A stretch of DNA of 64,000 nucleotides. It comes from Caecitellus pseudoparvulus. Its lineage: Eukaryota; Protista; Bigyra: Bicosoecida. The stretch spans positions 105,541-169,540 of the forward strand of contig CBFFRQ010000050.1 of the NCBI GenBank assembly GCA_965644315.1, written 5' to 3'. The notes below the pieces were generated by a model. The model saw only the letters and a list, made by a program, of their open reading frames with translations. It searched no databases and was not told the DNA's origin. Made by a program: the position numbers and the translations under genes. Below are positions 21,463 to 31,540 of the stretch, piece by piece; the first letter of the stretch is position 1; each line of letters opens with the position of its first letter.

Positions 21463-22714
21463 CTACACGGCGATTCCTCGTTGCTGCAGGCGGCTGCGAA
21501 GCTGTGCCTGCCTCACTGCGGCCTTCATGTTCACAGCGTCGCGCCGCACTTGCTCTGCAACAACGGCAGAAGCGTACGAGCCGTCCACTTGCCACGTGTA
21601 CATCTTGGCCATCTGCTGGGCCACCATGGCGGAGGTGGTGAGGTACAGCACAGTGCTGCGGTGCGCGTCTCCGTGCTGCTCGTGCACTTGCTCCGGGCGC
21701 CACCTGTCCCCCTCCTCCTCTCCCTCCAACATGTCTGCTCGAGAGGGGGGCTTGAAGCTGCTCCCAAGGGGGTTCGGCGAGAAGGGCAGGCTGGGCGCCG
21801 CCGCACAGCGAGCCACGAGGGGGATGCTTTCCGGGGCTGTTGCTGCAGTGAGGACCGACGCACCGTCCTCGATGTAGCTGCCCGTGCCTTCTCGAGAGCT
21901 TTCCGAGTCCGACGCGCTGTCCTCCTGCTGGAAGAACCCTGTCACGCTGCCCTCGCTGTCGCTGTCCTGCCTGCTGCTGCCGCCTCCCTGGCTGCCGCCG
22001 CCCTGGGGAGACGGGGACTGCCCGGAAGCTTCAGGTGCACTACCCTCAGCACCACTGACCTCATGCAAGCCATCCATGCCCTCCTCCTCTTCAATGTCTT
22101 TGCTGGCGAGGGATGCCTTGTGTGCTTTGCGACGCCGGCGGCTCATGCCCCCCACAGACAGCATGCCTTGTACGGCTCCCACCTCTTCTTCAGGTTCATG
22201 CTTCCGTGTGGGCGAGAGCAGGGCCTGGCGTTGGACGCCTCGCTTGTTACGGCGCCCACGGGGCACTTTGTACGTGAGCTTGGGAGGGCGAGGTGGCGCT
22301 GGCAGGCCATGCGACGCCAGGCTTGTGGCGTCCCGGAGATACTTGCCCTTGAAGCAGAGGAACATGGAATGGGGCGGAATGCCCAATGCCCGCTGCAGGT
22401 CCAGCTTCACGTCCTGTGGCAGACGTGGGGAGGGCAGGGTGCCGGCGCATGTCCACTTGCCCCGCAGCAGCATCGCGGCGACTTGCCTGCACCAGCACCA
22501 ACTCTGAGCGAGGGTCGTCTTGGGGCAGATCCACACAGTACAACAGCTCCTGCTTCATGGATCGGACCTTCAGACGAGGCACAGCTGCCTTGGTCAGCTC
22601 TGCGTCTTCAAGGGCGTCGCCTGCTGGCACAGCAGTGACCTCCCCCCAGCCAACTGAGGCTTCGCCAGTGCCTGCCCGCGGCCGCGCCGCCTTGGCGCTC
22701 TCTGCAGACGCCAT
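21463..22714 (-). CDS. Ubiquitin-like domain protein with an acidic low-complexity tail
   Basis: LKVRSM...DVKLDLQRALGIPPHSMFLCFKGKYLRDATSLASHGL fits a UBL pattern. An intron at ~22486-22414 joins the two ORFs in phase 0. Confidence 0.68.
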
Positions 22715-22832
22715 ACTGGGTGTGGGTTGGCCTGCTGCAGTTCTCCAAGGCAATTGTGCGCGGGATGGGGTGCATTGTGTGGCGGCTGCATGAGCTGCAC
22801 AGCCAGCTCGGAGCCCTGCGCCCCCCTCCACA

Positions 22833-24012
22833 TCACTCCTCCACAGCAGCCCCCCCAGTCAGCATGCCCAGCAGGCCATGCCCCCCCACCTCGTCTGTGC
22901 CGGGACCGACCAGGAAGCTGTGCAGTGCGAACACCAAGAAGAGGCTGCCGCCGACGTAGGCCACGGTGCGCTCTGAAATGCGTGCAGCCAGCAGGCGCCC
23001 ACCGATGACCGCCACGGCGGTGCAGACAGCATGGCCCACAATGCCGCCGATGCACACGCCAACGGCATCTTTGGCCGCTGCCAGTGCGATGGTGGCGATT
23101 TGGGAGCGGTCACCCCACTCGGCCAGGAATGTGATGGTGAAGACCGACGTGACCACTTCCACAAAGCCCTTGGGCGCCCGGGCCGCTGGCGTGGGGCTGG
23201 CCGCACGCGGGGCAGTTGCACTACCATCCCCTCGCCCAGCAGTGCGGGATGTCAGGCTGCTTGCGCCGTCGTCCAGGCCCTTGCCCGCCTCGGCGTCCGC
23301 GACGAGGGGCTCACGCTCCTCTCGGCTAGCGCTGTCAGGAGCAGGCGTGGCGAGCTCTTCCTCCACTTCCTCCAGCTCGTCAGAGACACCCGCGTTCAGG
23401 CTGGGCGCCTCCCGCAGCAAGGCCACGCCGAAGTACACGAACAGCAGCGCAGCGGCGTAGTGCGTGTACAGGCGCGGCAGCAGGCTGGGCAGCACGACGC
23501 CAATGCCAACGCTGAGCACGGTCATCACAGCCATAGCTGCCATGACCGCCATAAACACCCACGACCTGTGCACAGTCCACAAGGTGCGGGTTCGTGGCAA
23601 GGCAGCCGATCGTAGCGTCGCTGCGGGCAGTCACCTGTTGTGTTTCATGGCCATGATGGCTGCCACGAAGAAGGTCTTGTCGCCCACCTCAGTGATCATG
23701 ATCATGACGAAGCCATTTGCAGTCGCTCCAAGGAATCCGGGGCTCGAAAACCAGCTGCCCTCATTTGCCTGCACGGAGCACGCGCGGGTGCCAGGTGGCG
23801 CATGCCCCTGCCAATTTCCGCTGTTCACCTGCCTTGCTCTCCTCCACGAACAGCTTGAACTCGCTCAAGGAAAGCTCCCCATTGTGGTTGTTGTCTGCGT
23901 CTTGGAACAGCTCGGTTGCGCTGCCCTTCTCACTGGCCGCCTCCTCCCCCACAGCAGCAGCCAGCAAGCATGCCAAGGCAAGAGTGGCCGCCAGCCACCT
24001 CACCGCCGTCAT
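22833..24012 (-). CDS. GDT1: GDT1/TMEM165 (UPF0016) Ca2+/Mn2+ antiporter with signal peptide and N-terminal EF-hand; 3 exons
   Basis: Both family motifs are present (TEVGDKTFF and AEWGDRSQIAT), plus the acidic loop ELEEVEEEL. Exon 1 encodes a signal peptide and ELFQDADNNHNGELSLSEF. Introns are at ~23832-23769 and 23634-23566. Confidence 0.9.
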
Positions 24013-24434
24013 AGCTTTCACGAGCCGACCACCAAGGAGGCCCCGACACGCTACAGACCTAAAGCCCGGCGATTTTACTGTCCAGGCTGCTGTGCACGGC
24101 GCGGGGGTCGGGATTTGGCCCGATCCACGCCGCGTCCCACTGCCAGGCAGACGTGAACTTGCAAGCCAGCCTCGGGCGAGGGGTGCTCACGCTGCTCACT
24201 TCTGCCAAGTGGGGAAGGACAAAACCACACCCACTACCCACTCTCCCACGAGTTCATGCCTGTCTGCCTCTACGTGCCATCCAACGCTCCACCACGTTGT
24301 TGTTGCCCTTGCTTCTGCACCACCACAAAGTGTACGTGGGAGACCTGCACGCAAGCCCGTACTTTTCACCCAAGGCAAGCGCTTTTGGATGCATATCGCC
24401 ACCTTCTGCTCATCTTCACCCTGCAGACCTCACC

Positions 24435-25728
24435 ATGGGCGGCAGCTCCTCGAAGAGCAAGACTCCAGCCACGAGCGCGTGAGTGCAGAAACGCCTTTGC
24501 TCCGCGTTGCACAAGCTACAGGGCGCTTGCAGGCCTCTGCACGCGCCAGTTCCTCGTCCACTGGTCACAGACAATCTGCACCTGATGAGGCCGCTGCGCC
24601 CCCTGCTCCTCAGACGGTGGGTCATGCCGTGTCCGCTGTCAGCACCACAGCTCGAGGGTAGCATCAAGCTCGCTTCTTGTGGCACACATCAACTTCACCC
24701 GTCCTGCGCGCGCCCGTCACAGGAGCCCGTCGCACCACCTGCTCCTACATCTGCTCCAGCAGCAGAGCCTGTGCCTGCTCCGGCGGAAGCTGCCACGGAA
24801 GCGGAGGTAAGGCGCTTGCCCAGTAGTTTGCGAAGGCGGATGTTTGCACGTGCACTGCACTTCACCACGCCAACCTTTGCTTGCACTACAGGCACCCAAG
24901 GCTGCCCCTGCTACGACAGCAGCCACGGAGGAGGCCCCCGCTTCGGAGCAGGCTGCTGCTCCCGCCCCTGCTGAGGAGGCTTCGGCGCCTGCTCCGGCCC
25001 CAGCTGCCGATGAGTCTGGTGCCACTGCGTCAGCAGCAGCTGCAACCGCATCTTCCGAAGATGCTGCCCAAGACGAAGAAGCAAAGGCCGCGAAGGCTGC
25101 CATGCTGGCTGGCATTGGCGGTGAGCACGAGCTGAAGCACGCGGAGACCCATGACTCCAGCGAGGCTGCTCTGGCTCAGGCCAAGCTGCTGTCTGCTGTG
25201 AAGGGCAAGCACGAGCTGAAGCACGCGGAGACCCACGACTCCAGCGAGGCTGCTCTGGCTCAGGCCAAGCTGCTGTCTGCTGTGAAGGGCAAGCACGAGC
25301 TGAAGCACGCGGAGACCCATGACTCCAGCGAGGCGAGCCTTGCTCAGGCCAAGCTGCTGTCTGCTGTGAAGGGCAAGCACGAGCTGAAGCACGCGGAGAC
25401 CCACGACTCCAGCGAGGCTGCTCTGGCTCAGGCCAAGCTGCTGTCTGCAGTGAAGGGCAAGCACGAGCTGAAGCACGCGGAGACCCATGACTCCAGCGAG
25501 GCTGCCGTGGCCGCGGCGGCGACGCAGATGGCCATTAAGTCACCTGCGCGCCGTGCCAGCTTGAAGCCGACCGAGACCACCGTGAAGAACACTCTGCCAA
25601 CCGCTGAGGATATTGCTGCTGAGAAGGGTGAGGGCGAAGGCGAGGAGGCTGCCGAGGAGGCCGCTGCTGAGGAGGGTGAGGCCGCTGCTGAGGAGGGCGA
25701 GGCCGCCGCCGAAGAGGGTGAGGAATGA
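24435..25728 (+). CDS. N-myristoylated multi-repeat beta-thymosin/actobindin (WH2-like) actin-binding protein; 4 exons
   Basis: MGGSSSKSK N-terminus; five LKHAETHDSS motifs; terminal SLKPTETTVKNTLPTAEDIAAEK resembles thymosin beta [22 protein letters not shown]. Donors GTGAGT, GTGGGT and GTAAGG give a continuous frame. Confidence 0.8.
25126..25505 (+). repeat. Coding tandem repeat, 84-bp (28-aa) unit, 4 full copies plus 1 partial
   Basis: HELKHAETHDSSEAALAQAKLLSAVKGK units start at 25126, 25210, 25294, 25378 and 25462 and are nearly identical at the DNA level. Confidence 0.96.
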
Positions 25729-25778
25729 AGACACGGGCTCGCCTGGACGCGTGCTTTATGCAATGCACAGTTTTCCTC

Positions 25779-28700
25779 TCAAGTAGATTGTATTCCCAGA
25801 AGGGTGTCATCGGGCAGGAGGCCTGCTGCCCACATGGTCCAGCGCAGCATCACATGCAGACAGTAGCCGTGCGAGGGTCCGTCCACAACCCCGTCATGGT
25901 CCACGGCTGGGTGCCACGTGCCATTGGGAGGACCGACCCACTGGGCAGCGGCAGCCAACTCCAGGACGCCCAGAGAGGACCGCCAGCCGCCGACAGCTGT
26001 GGCTTCCAGGTCTGCCGCGGCTGGTGACAGCGCGGCCAGCATTGCTGAAAGCTGTCCCGGTGGAGCCACAGATCCCCTCAGAGTCTCTGCAAGGACTTCC
26101 TCTCCACCCACGAGAGAGTGCCGTGAAGCCTGCGTGTTGTGAAGCAGCTCATGTACGTGTAGTTCGGTGTGCCAGCTCTCTTGCAAGGCGCCCCCAGCCG
26201 GCTGCAGCACGCCATCGTCAATGCAAGTGGAGTCTGCAAGCACGACAACTCGGCCCCTGCGAGAAGGGCCCACTCGTAGAGCTGCCGCAGTGTTTAGTGG
26301 TGGTGATGTCTCGAATGCTCCCGCTTCGTTCCTGTTGGGTGCCTCTGGGGTGCGCGTGGCACTCCAGCTTTGCAGTGTTGTTGCGTTTGGGTAGCTGGAG
26401 TTTGGCAGCGATGTGATGACTGAGCTCCCGAGCAGCTTGCCCCTGCTGCACAGGCTCACACCAAAAGAGAATCCACTGCGGCCTTCCTGCTCGAGAGGCA
26501 GGACTAACGAGCGCCAAGAGACGGCCGCGTGCGCGACCGAGTCAGTGTGCAAGGCGACCCCCCACGGTCTGAGGAGCGCGTTGAGGGACGGCACGTTTGC
26601 ACCTGCAAAGGAAGCTCTCCACTGTGTAGAAGAAGCACTGTCGTTGAAAGCGAACGGAAATGCTGCTGGCTGGGTCGGGTCCAATGCCGCCTCCATGCCG
26701 GCACCGTCGAAGTGCTCACCGACGACAATCAGCCCCATGCCGGCTTCAACGTCATGCCGCAGCGCTTCCGCCTCTAGAGCGGACACAGGGGCCTCTGGAT
26801 CAACGAGCAACACAGTCGCTGGCGGAGGGAGCGGGCTAGATGCCCGCACAGTGTTCCACGGCTCAAGGTAGGGCTCCACGGCAAAGCCTGCTCGCAACAA
26901 AGCACGAAAGAGTGCAGACTTGCTCCCATGAGGGCCGTCAGCTTGCCATTCCATGGCCTCCTGCCCCATGTCGAACGCATTGTGCATGACGTAGCCCGAT
27001 TCTGGGTAGGTCCGTTGCTGGGACAGGAGCCAGCCAACGCGACGCTGGGCAGGCGGCACCTCTTGCAGTGCGGCTTGGATCGGCAGCACCGCGCACAAAC
27101 GCATGCACAGGCCGGCATTGCAGTGAACAAATTCGGTGCCAAGGGAGGCTTGCAGCACAGCATCCCACGTGTTGGCTGTCGAGTGCAGGTCGCACACTTT
27201 CACCTGGGCGCTCGCTTTGCTTGGACATGCGGCAGCGTTGGGTGGTACTGACATCCTCACAAGCAAGGAGTCGCTGAGAGGGGCGCCGCAGGGTGCGGCG
27301 GTGCACGCAATGTCCACCTTGAGACACCGATCGGTGTGAATAACCTGAACACTTCGGGACAGAGGCGCCGAAACAGCAGTGGCCCCCACTTGCACTGCAA
27401 CATCGGCGGAAGGCCCGCCTGGGTACAGGGGCTGTGCACACCAGGGCCACATGTACGGACATTCCATGAGGTCCAGGCGCGGCGGTTGAAGTGTCAACGT
27501 GTAATTCAGAGGGAGGGGTTCAGCTGGGTGCAGACCTGGCAAAATGCCGGCGCCAATCGACAAGAGCGGCTCTGTGAAGCTCACAGTCGCCACCGTGCCC
27601 ACAGCATGCACACTCGGGCTCCCCGGCACCATTGGCACAGCCATGCGCAGGTCAGGGAGAATCGCAGCTCTGAGCAAGGAGAACCTCACGGCATTGACCC
27701 ATTTATGCCCCCCACGCAAGCACTCCTGGGTAGTGGCGGGGCCTGACGCCCAGGGACAGGGCCCCCCACCACACTGCTCTGCCCAGCGCCGCACTGCTCG
27801 TGCAGCGGGCTCAGGTAGAGCGTCCAGTGCGACAGCTGTATGGTGCCGCCATGCGCCTGCCGCACGCACCTCCTGTTCACACAGCGTGGCCAGTGTCTCT
27901 GCCGCCAGACCTGCCACGACAGGCGCGGCCATGGACGTGCCTGACATGCGCCGCCGCCCTCCTCCCACACACAGGTGCAGCCCTGGCGCAGCAACGTCCG
28001 GCTTCGGCAGGGGCCAGGTCCAGCCCCTGCCATTCCACCGTGGAGAGGCTGTGCCACGCGCAGAAAAGTCCGGCACTATGCCCAGGCTGGACCGCACGGG
28101 GTCTGACACCGGTGGCTCCGCCACCCACAGCTTTGCGCATGGTGGCCGCCCCTCTCTGCCACGGGCCGCGAGGAGCTGGCAGACGTCGAGCAGGGTAGGC
28201 CGTGTAGGTCGGTCTGGCGGTGCACCGGCTGCGAAGCATGTGTCGTGGGCGGCCTCTGTGAGCTGCCAGGCCACCCACGCTTGCGCTGAGCTGGGAAAGG
28301 GCGGCCGGCGCATGAGGGCGAGCGCCGCCGGCGCCAGGGCACTGGCTGCCACGGCGAGGACGCGGGACTGCAGGGCTGGGTCCAGCACCGTATCAGCCAC
28401 TGGGCCATCGTTGCCTGCAGCTGCGATGACGAGGCCGGCTGTGGCCAGCAGAGCCGTGTACAAGGCGTGGTCACGGCGATCAGGACCCCCCTGCGACAGG
28501 AGCACGAGGGGCGCGGCGCCCCCTTCGTCCCGCAGAGCCTGAGTGATCCACGCCGTCTTCGTCTGTCCGCTGGGGGAGAACACCCTGTGCACGTGCAGGG
28601 GGCAGCCAGGCACGACGCCGGGGGTGTCCGGCTGCTGTGACGCCAGGACCAGGGCTACGGCAGACCCATGTCCCAGTGGGTCTCGCATGCCTTGCTGCCC

Positions 28701-29156
28701 GCCAGCGGCAGACGGAACCCAGTCACGCAGGACAGGCACTTGCAAAGACGGTGGCCCCGATCCCCGCAAGCGACCAGGTGCCGTAAGGGCGGGATCAAGG
28801 CCTGAGTCAAGGATGGCAACAGCGGGCAGTATGCTGCGGCGTGTGTCCCGCGGCCGCTGTGAGGGCTGGAAGAGTGCGCCGAAGTCGCCCACGGTGATGC
28901 CCTGGCCAGATGTGCACTGTAGTGCAGGGGTGGAGGGGGGCAACGTCAGCGCCGCAGAGGCTGCGCAGGCGAGCTGGCTAGCCATCAACATGCGGTGTCC
29001 AGCTGCTGAGAGCCAGCACTGCAACGTAGCCGACGCCCCAGCCTGCCGCTGCTCGCCTTCAAGGCCAGCTGAAGAAGAGAGCAGCAAGAACACTACTCCT
29101 ACAGTCAGCTTCACCGCAGGCATGCGCATCCGATGCCTGTGCGTCCTGCCCTGCAT
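25779..29156 (-). CDS. Subtilisin S8 protease, site-1 protease (SKI-1/S1P/MBTPS1)-like, divergent
   Basis: Signal peptide; catalytic triad motifs AILDSG, GHGS, SGTSMAAPVVAG; oxyanion AAGNDGP. S1P-specific segments DLMECPYMWPWCAQPLYPGG, GANVPSLNALLRPWGVA and GRVVVLADSTCIDD. Confidence 0.85.
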   Translation of the reverse strand: MQGRTHRHRMRMPAVKLTVGVVFLLLSSSAGLEGEQRQAGASATLQCWLSAAGHRMLMASQLACAASAALTLPPSTPALQCTSGQGITVGDFGALFQPSQRPRDTRRSILPAVAILDSGLDPALTAPGRLRGSGPPSLQVPVLRDWVPSAAGGQQGMRDPLGHGSAVALVLASQQPDTPGVVPGCPLHVHRVFSPSGQTKTAWITQALRDEGGAAPLVLLSQGGPDRRDHALYTALLATAGLVIAAAGNDGPVADTVLDPALQSRVLAVAASALAPAALALMRRPPFPSSAQAWVAWQLTEAAHDTCFAAGAPPDRPTRPTLLDVCQLLAARGREGRPPCAKLWVAEPPVSDPVRSSLGIVPDFSARGTASPRWNGRGWTWPLPKPDVAAPGLHLCVGGGRRRMSGTSMAAPVVAGLAAETLATLCEQEVRAAGAWRHHTAVALDALPEPAARAVRRWAEQCGGGPCPWASGPATTQECLRGGHKWVNAVRFSLLRAAILPDLRMAVPMVPGSPSVHAVGTVATVSFTEPLLSIGAGILPGLHPAEPLPLNYTLTLQPPRLDLMECPYMWPWCAQPLYPGGPSADVAVQVGATAVSAPLSRSVQVIHTDRCLKVDIACTAAPCGAPLSDSLLVRMSVPPNAAACPSKASAQVKVCDLHSTANTWDAVLQASLGTEFVHCNAGLCMRLCAVLPIQAALQEVPPAQRRVGWLLSQQRTYPESGYVMHNAFDMGQEAMEWQADGPHGSKSALFRALLRAGFAVEPYLEPWNTVRASSPLPPPATVLLVDPEAPVSALEAEALRHDVEAGMGLIVVGEHFDGAGMEAALDPTQPAAFPFAFNDSASSTQWRASFAGANVPSLNALLRPWGVALHTDSVAHAAVSWRSLVLPLEQEGRSGFSFGVSLCSRGKLLGSSVITSLPNSSYPNATTLQSWSATRTPEAPNRNEAGAFETSPPLNTAAALRVGPSRRGRVVVLADSTCIDDGVLQPAGGALQESWHTELHVHELLHNTQASRHSLVGGEEVLAETLRGSVAPPGQLSAMLAALSPAAADLEATAVGGWRSSLGVLELAAAAQWVGPPNGTWHPAVDHDGVVDGPSHGYCLHVMLRWTMWAAGLLPDDTLLGIQST

Positions 29157-29365
29157 GCTGTGGCGGACGCGTCACCCGGAGCAATTTCCGCTCGCCCACA
29201 TGGTGGGCCGGGGCGAAGCACTGCGCTTTCGAGCTCAGGACAAGACTCCAAGACACAGCAAGACACCCAACTACACGGGATCGCTGTTACATTGTGAGCC
29301 ATGGCATCCATCGCAGGCGGGCCTGATGCATGACCTTGACGTGGCTGGGCTAGGCTGGACAAACT

Positions 29366-30832
29366 CTACGCAGGCGGCTGTGGCGGGTCTGCTGCCACTG
29401 CCACTGCTTGCCTGGCGCCCACGGGCTGCCTGCCGCCGCCACTCAACTCATGTGCCCCCGCCTCCGCCGTAGCTGCCGTCTGTGCGGCGCCGCTTCCAGC
29501 CGCGCCGTGCCCCTGCTGCTGAGTGTGCTCGCCACCCTCCGGCCCGCCCACCACGCCACCCTCCTCCGCGCCACCCTCCTCCGCGCCGCCCTCTTCGCCT
29601 TCTTCTCCGTGTGCGCTCTCATCGGGCCTCCACCCCGCCTCATGCAGGGCTGCGATACGCTGCGCGTCAGTGATGGTCACGACAGTGCCAGCCCGGGCAA
29701 TGGCGTGGGGGTTCCCCTCCTCGCCGCCCTCCTCCCCATCCTCCTCCGGAATGCTGCCGCCAGCATGGCCAAAGGCAGCCCCTGCCGCGCGCTCTGCCCG
29801 TGGCGTGGAGGACTCGATCAGCTCCCGCACCACTGAGCGGGAACGGGGGCGCACGGACGTGCACCCCAGCTCCACAGCAAGACCCGGCTCCCGTCCAAAG
29901 GCACGGGCAGTGGCGGTGGTCTTGCCGCCGTGGTTGAAGACGATGATGGCGGCAGTCGTGTTGTCTGTGCCGTTCAGCCGCTCCACGACCATGTCCACGA
30001 GGGCTTGCGCGGCCTTGCGTGGACTGCGTGTCTCCCGCAGCAGGCGCTTGGCTTCGTTCATGAGGTTCTGCCGGTGCGGGAACTTGTCGAACAGGCCGTC
30101 GGAGCCGAGGATGAGGAACTCGTCGTCCGGCTGCAGTTTCAGCACAGAGATGTGCGGCTCTGCCGTGATGCCCTGGCCGCCGGGCCCCTGCTTGGTGCTC
30201 TCATCGCCAAAGGCGCGCGTGACAGCCAGCACGCCAGCGGCACGGGCCTGCCCGTCATAGAACATGACACACCCCCCGGCGGCTTGAATGCGCTCCTTCT
30301 CTGTCGGGTTGGTGGCCTTGTGGGGGATGCTGAGCTCCACAGGCTCACCCCCCCGGGACAGCCACGCTTCGCAGTCGCCTGTGTTGGCCACCAGCAGCGC
30401 ATCACCCACCACCTGCGCCGACACGGCACACGAGCCACAGTTGCGCGCGAAGCCCAAGCCGCGCAGCGTTTCGTCTGTGTCTGTGTACGCCCGCTGGACG
30501 GCGCTCCGGATTTCGTCCGGCGCCGCCAGGCGCACGGCTTTCACCAGGCTGGCGTTGATGTGTGTGCTGAGGTACTTGGCCACGGAGTCACCCCCATGGC
30601 CATCGAAGACGCCGAAGGCGTTGCAGTTCCTGGCGTCTGGCGCAGCTGCCATGAGGTCGAAGTAGTCCTCCTGGTAGGGCCGCCTAGCCATGCGTTTGCT
30701 GCCCCCGGCTACCAAGCCCAGCTGCACATTCACTTTGTCGTTGGGCACGGGCTCCATGCTGGGCAGGGGGGACTTGTCGGGCGGGAACAGGACTGCTTCA
30801 GAGACAGACCGAGTGAACCATTCCCTTGGCAT
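29366..30832 (-). CDS. Protein phosphatase 2C (PPM family)
   Basis: RRPYQED, FGVFDGHGG, VANTGDCEA, LAVTRAFGD, FLILGSDGLFD, DNTT. The 5' end is uncertain (open frame to 31174; possible upstream exon). Confidence 0.93.
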   Translation of the reverse strand: MPREWFTRSVSEAVLFPPDKSPLPSMEPVPNDKVNVQLGLVAGGSKRMARRPYQEDYFDLMAAAPDARNCNAFGVFDGHGGDSVAKYLSTHINASLVKAVRLAAPDEIRSAVQRAYTDTDETLRGLGFARNCGSCAVSAQVVGDALLVANTGDCEAWLSRGGEPVELSIPHKATNPTEKERIQAAGGCVMFYDGQARAAGVLAVTRAFGDESTKQGPGGQGITAEPHISVLKLQPDDEFLILGSDGLFDKFPHRQNLMNEAKRLLRETRSPRKAAQALVDMVVERLNGTDNTTAAIIVFNHGGKTTATARAFGREPGLAVELGCTSVRPRSRSVVRELIESSTPRAERAAGAAFGHAGGSIPEEDGEEGGEEGNPHAIARAGTVVTITDAQRIAALHEAGWRPDESAHGEEGEEGGAEEGGAEEGGVVGGPEGGEHTQQQGHGAAGSGAAQTAATAEAGAHELSGGGRQPVGARQAVAVAADPPQPPA

Positions 30833-31540
30833 CTGGTTGCGTGGCCTGGGTTCCCTAGCCTCTGTGGGGGTTGCGGCAAAGCGGAGTGGTGGCTCCAGCG
30901 AAAAACGAAGCAGTTCACTGCGGCACCTCCTCACCCGGCGAAGACGCGATGCGCAGCCGCGAAAGGTTCTCTGGCATGGGAATGACATAGTCAGCAGCAG
31001 CACCGGGGGGGTCCACGGGGGCCTGCTTCGTCGTCGACGGCTTGCACCCCATGTGTGTCTGACTTTGCCGCTCACGAGTGAAACGCTGAAACCCTCTCTC
31101 ACGGCAGTCCTACAGGAGCCCGATTTCCAGCTCCTTTGCACGAGATGCACGCCTTGCTTGGCCGCTGTATGCACTTGAGCGGCCTCGCCTCGCTGCGATG
31201 CAGTGTGGATTTTTTGGATCTGCCCAGCGCGCGCAGTTGTGACAAGGAGCGGCGCTCCAAATCGCCGCAGTTGAGCCCAGCCCGCTGCTCGTGGCAGCTC
31301 AGAGTGATCAAGTTCAAGGCAGCCGACGATTCAAGACACAACTCACAACCACAAAGTGCGGCCACGATCCCCTCCGTGCGCTTGCCTCTGCCCTACTCAC
31401 AGCCTGGCTGTGAACAGGCGGTGCCCGCGTTCAATTCCCGCACCCCGTGCCTGCTTCGCTCGGCTGACGCGCCGTGCACTCCACCAGGCAGACGAGCTTG
31501 TCAGGGAGGGAGGAGCACACTGTCATATCTCGCGAGGACC

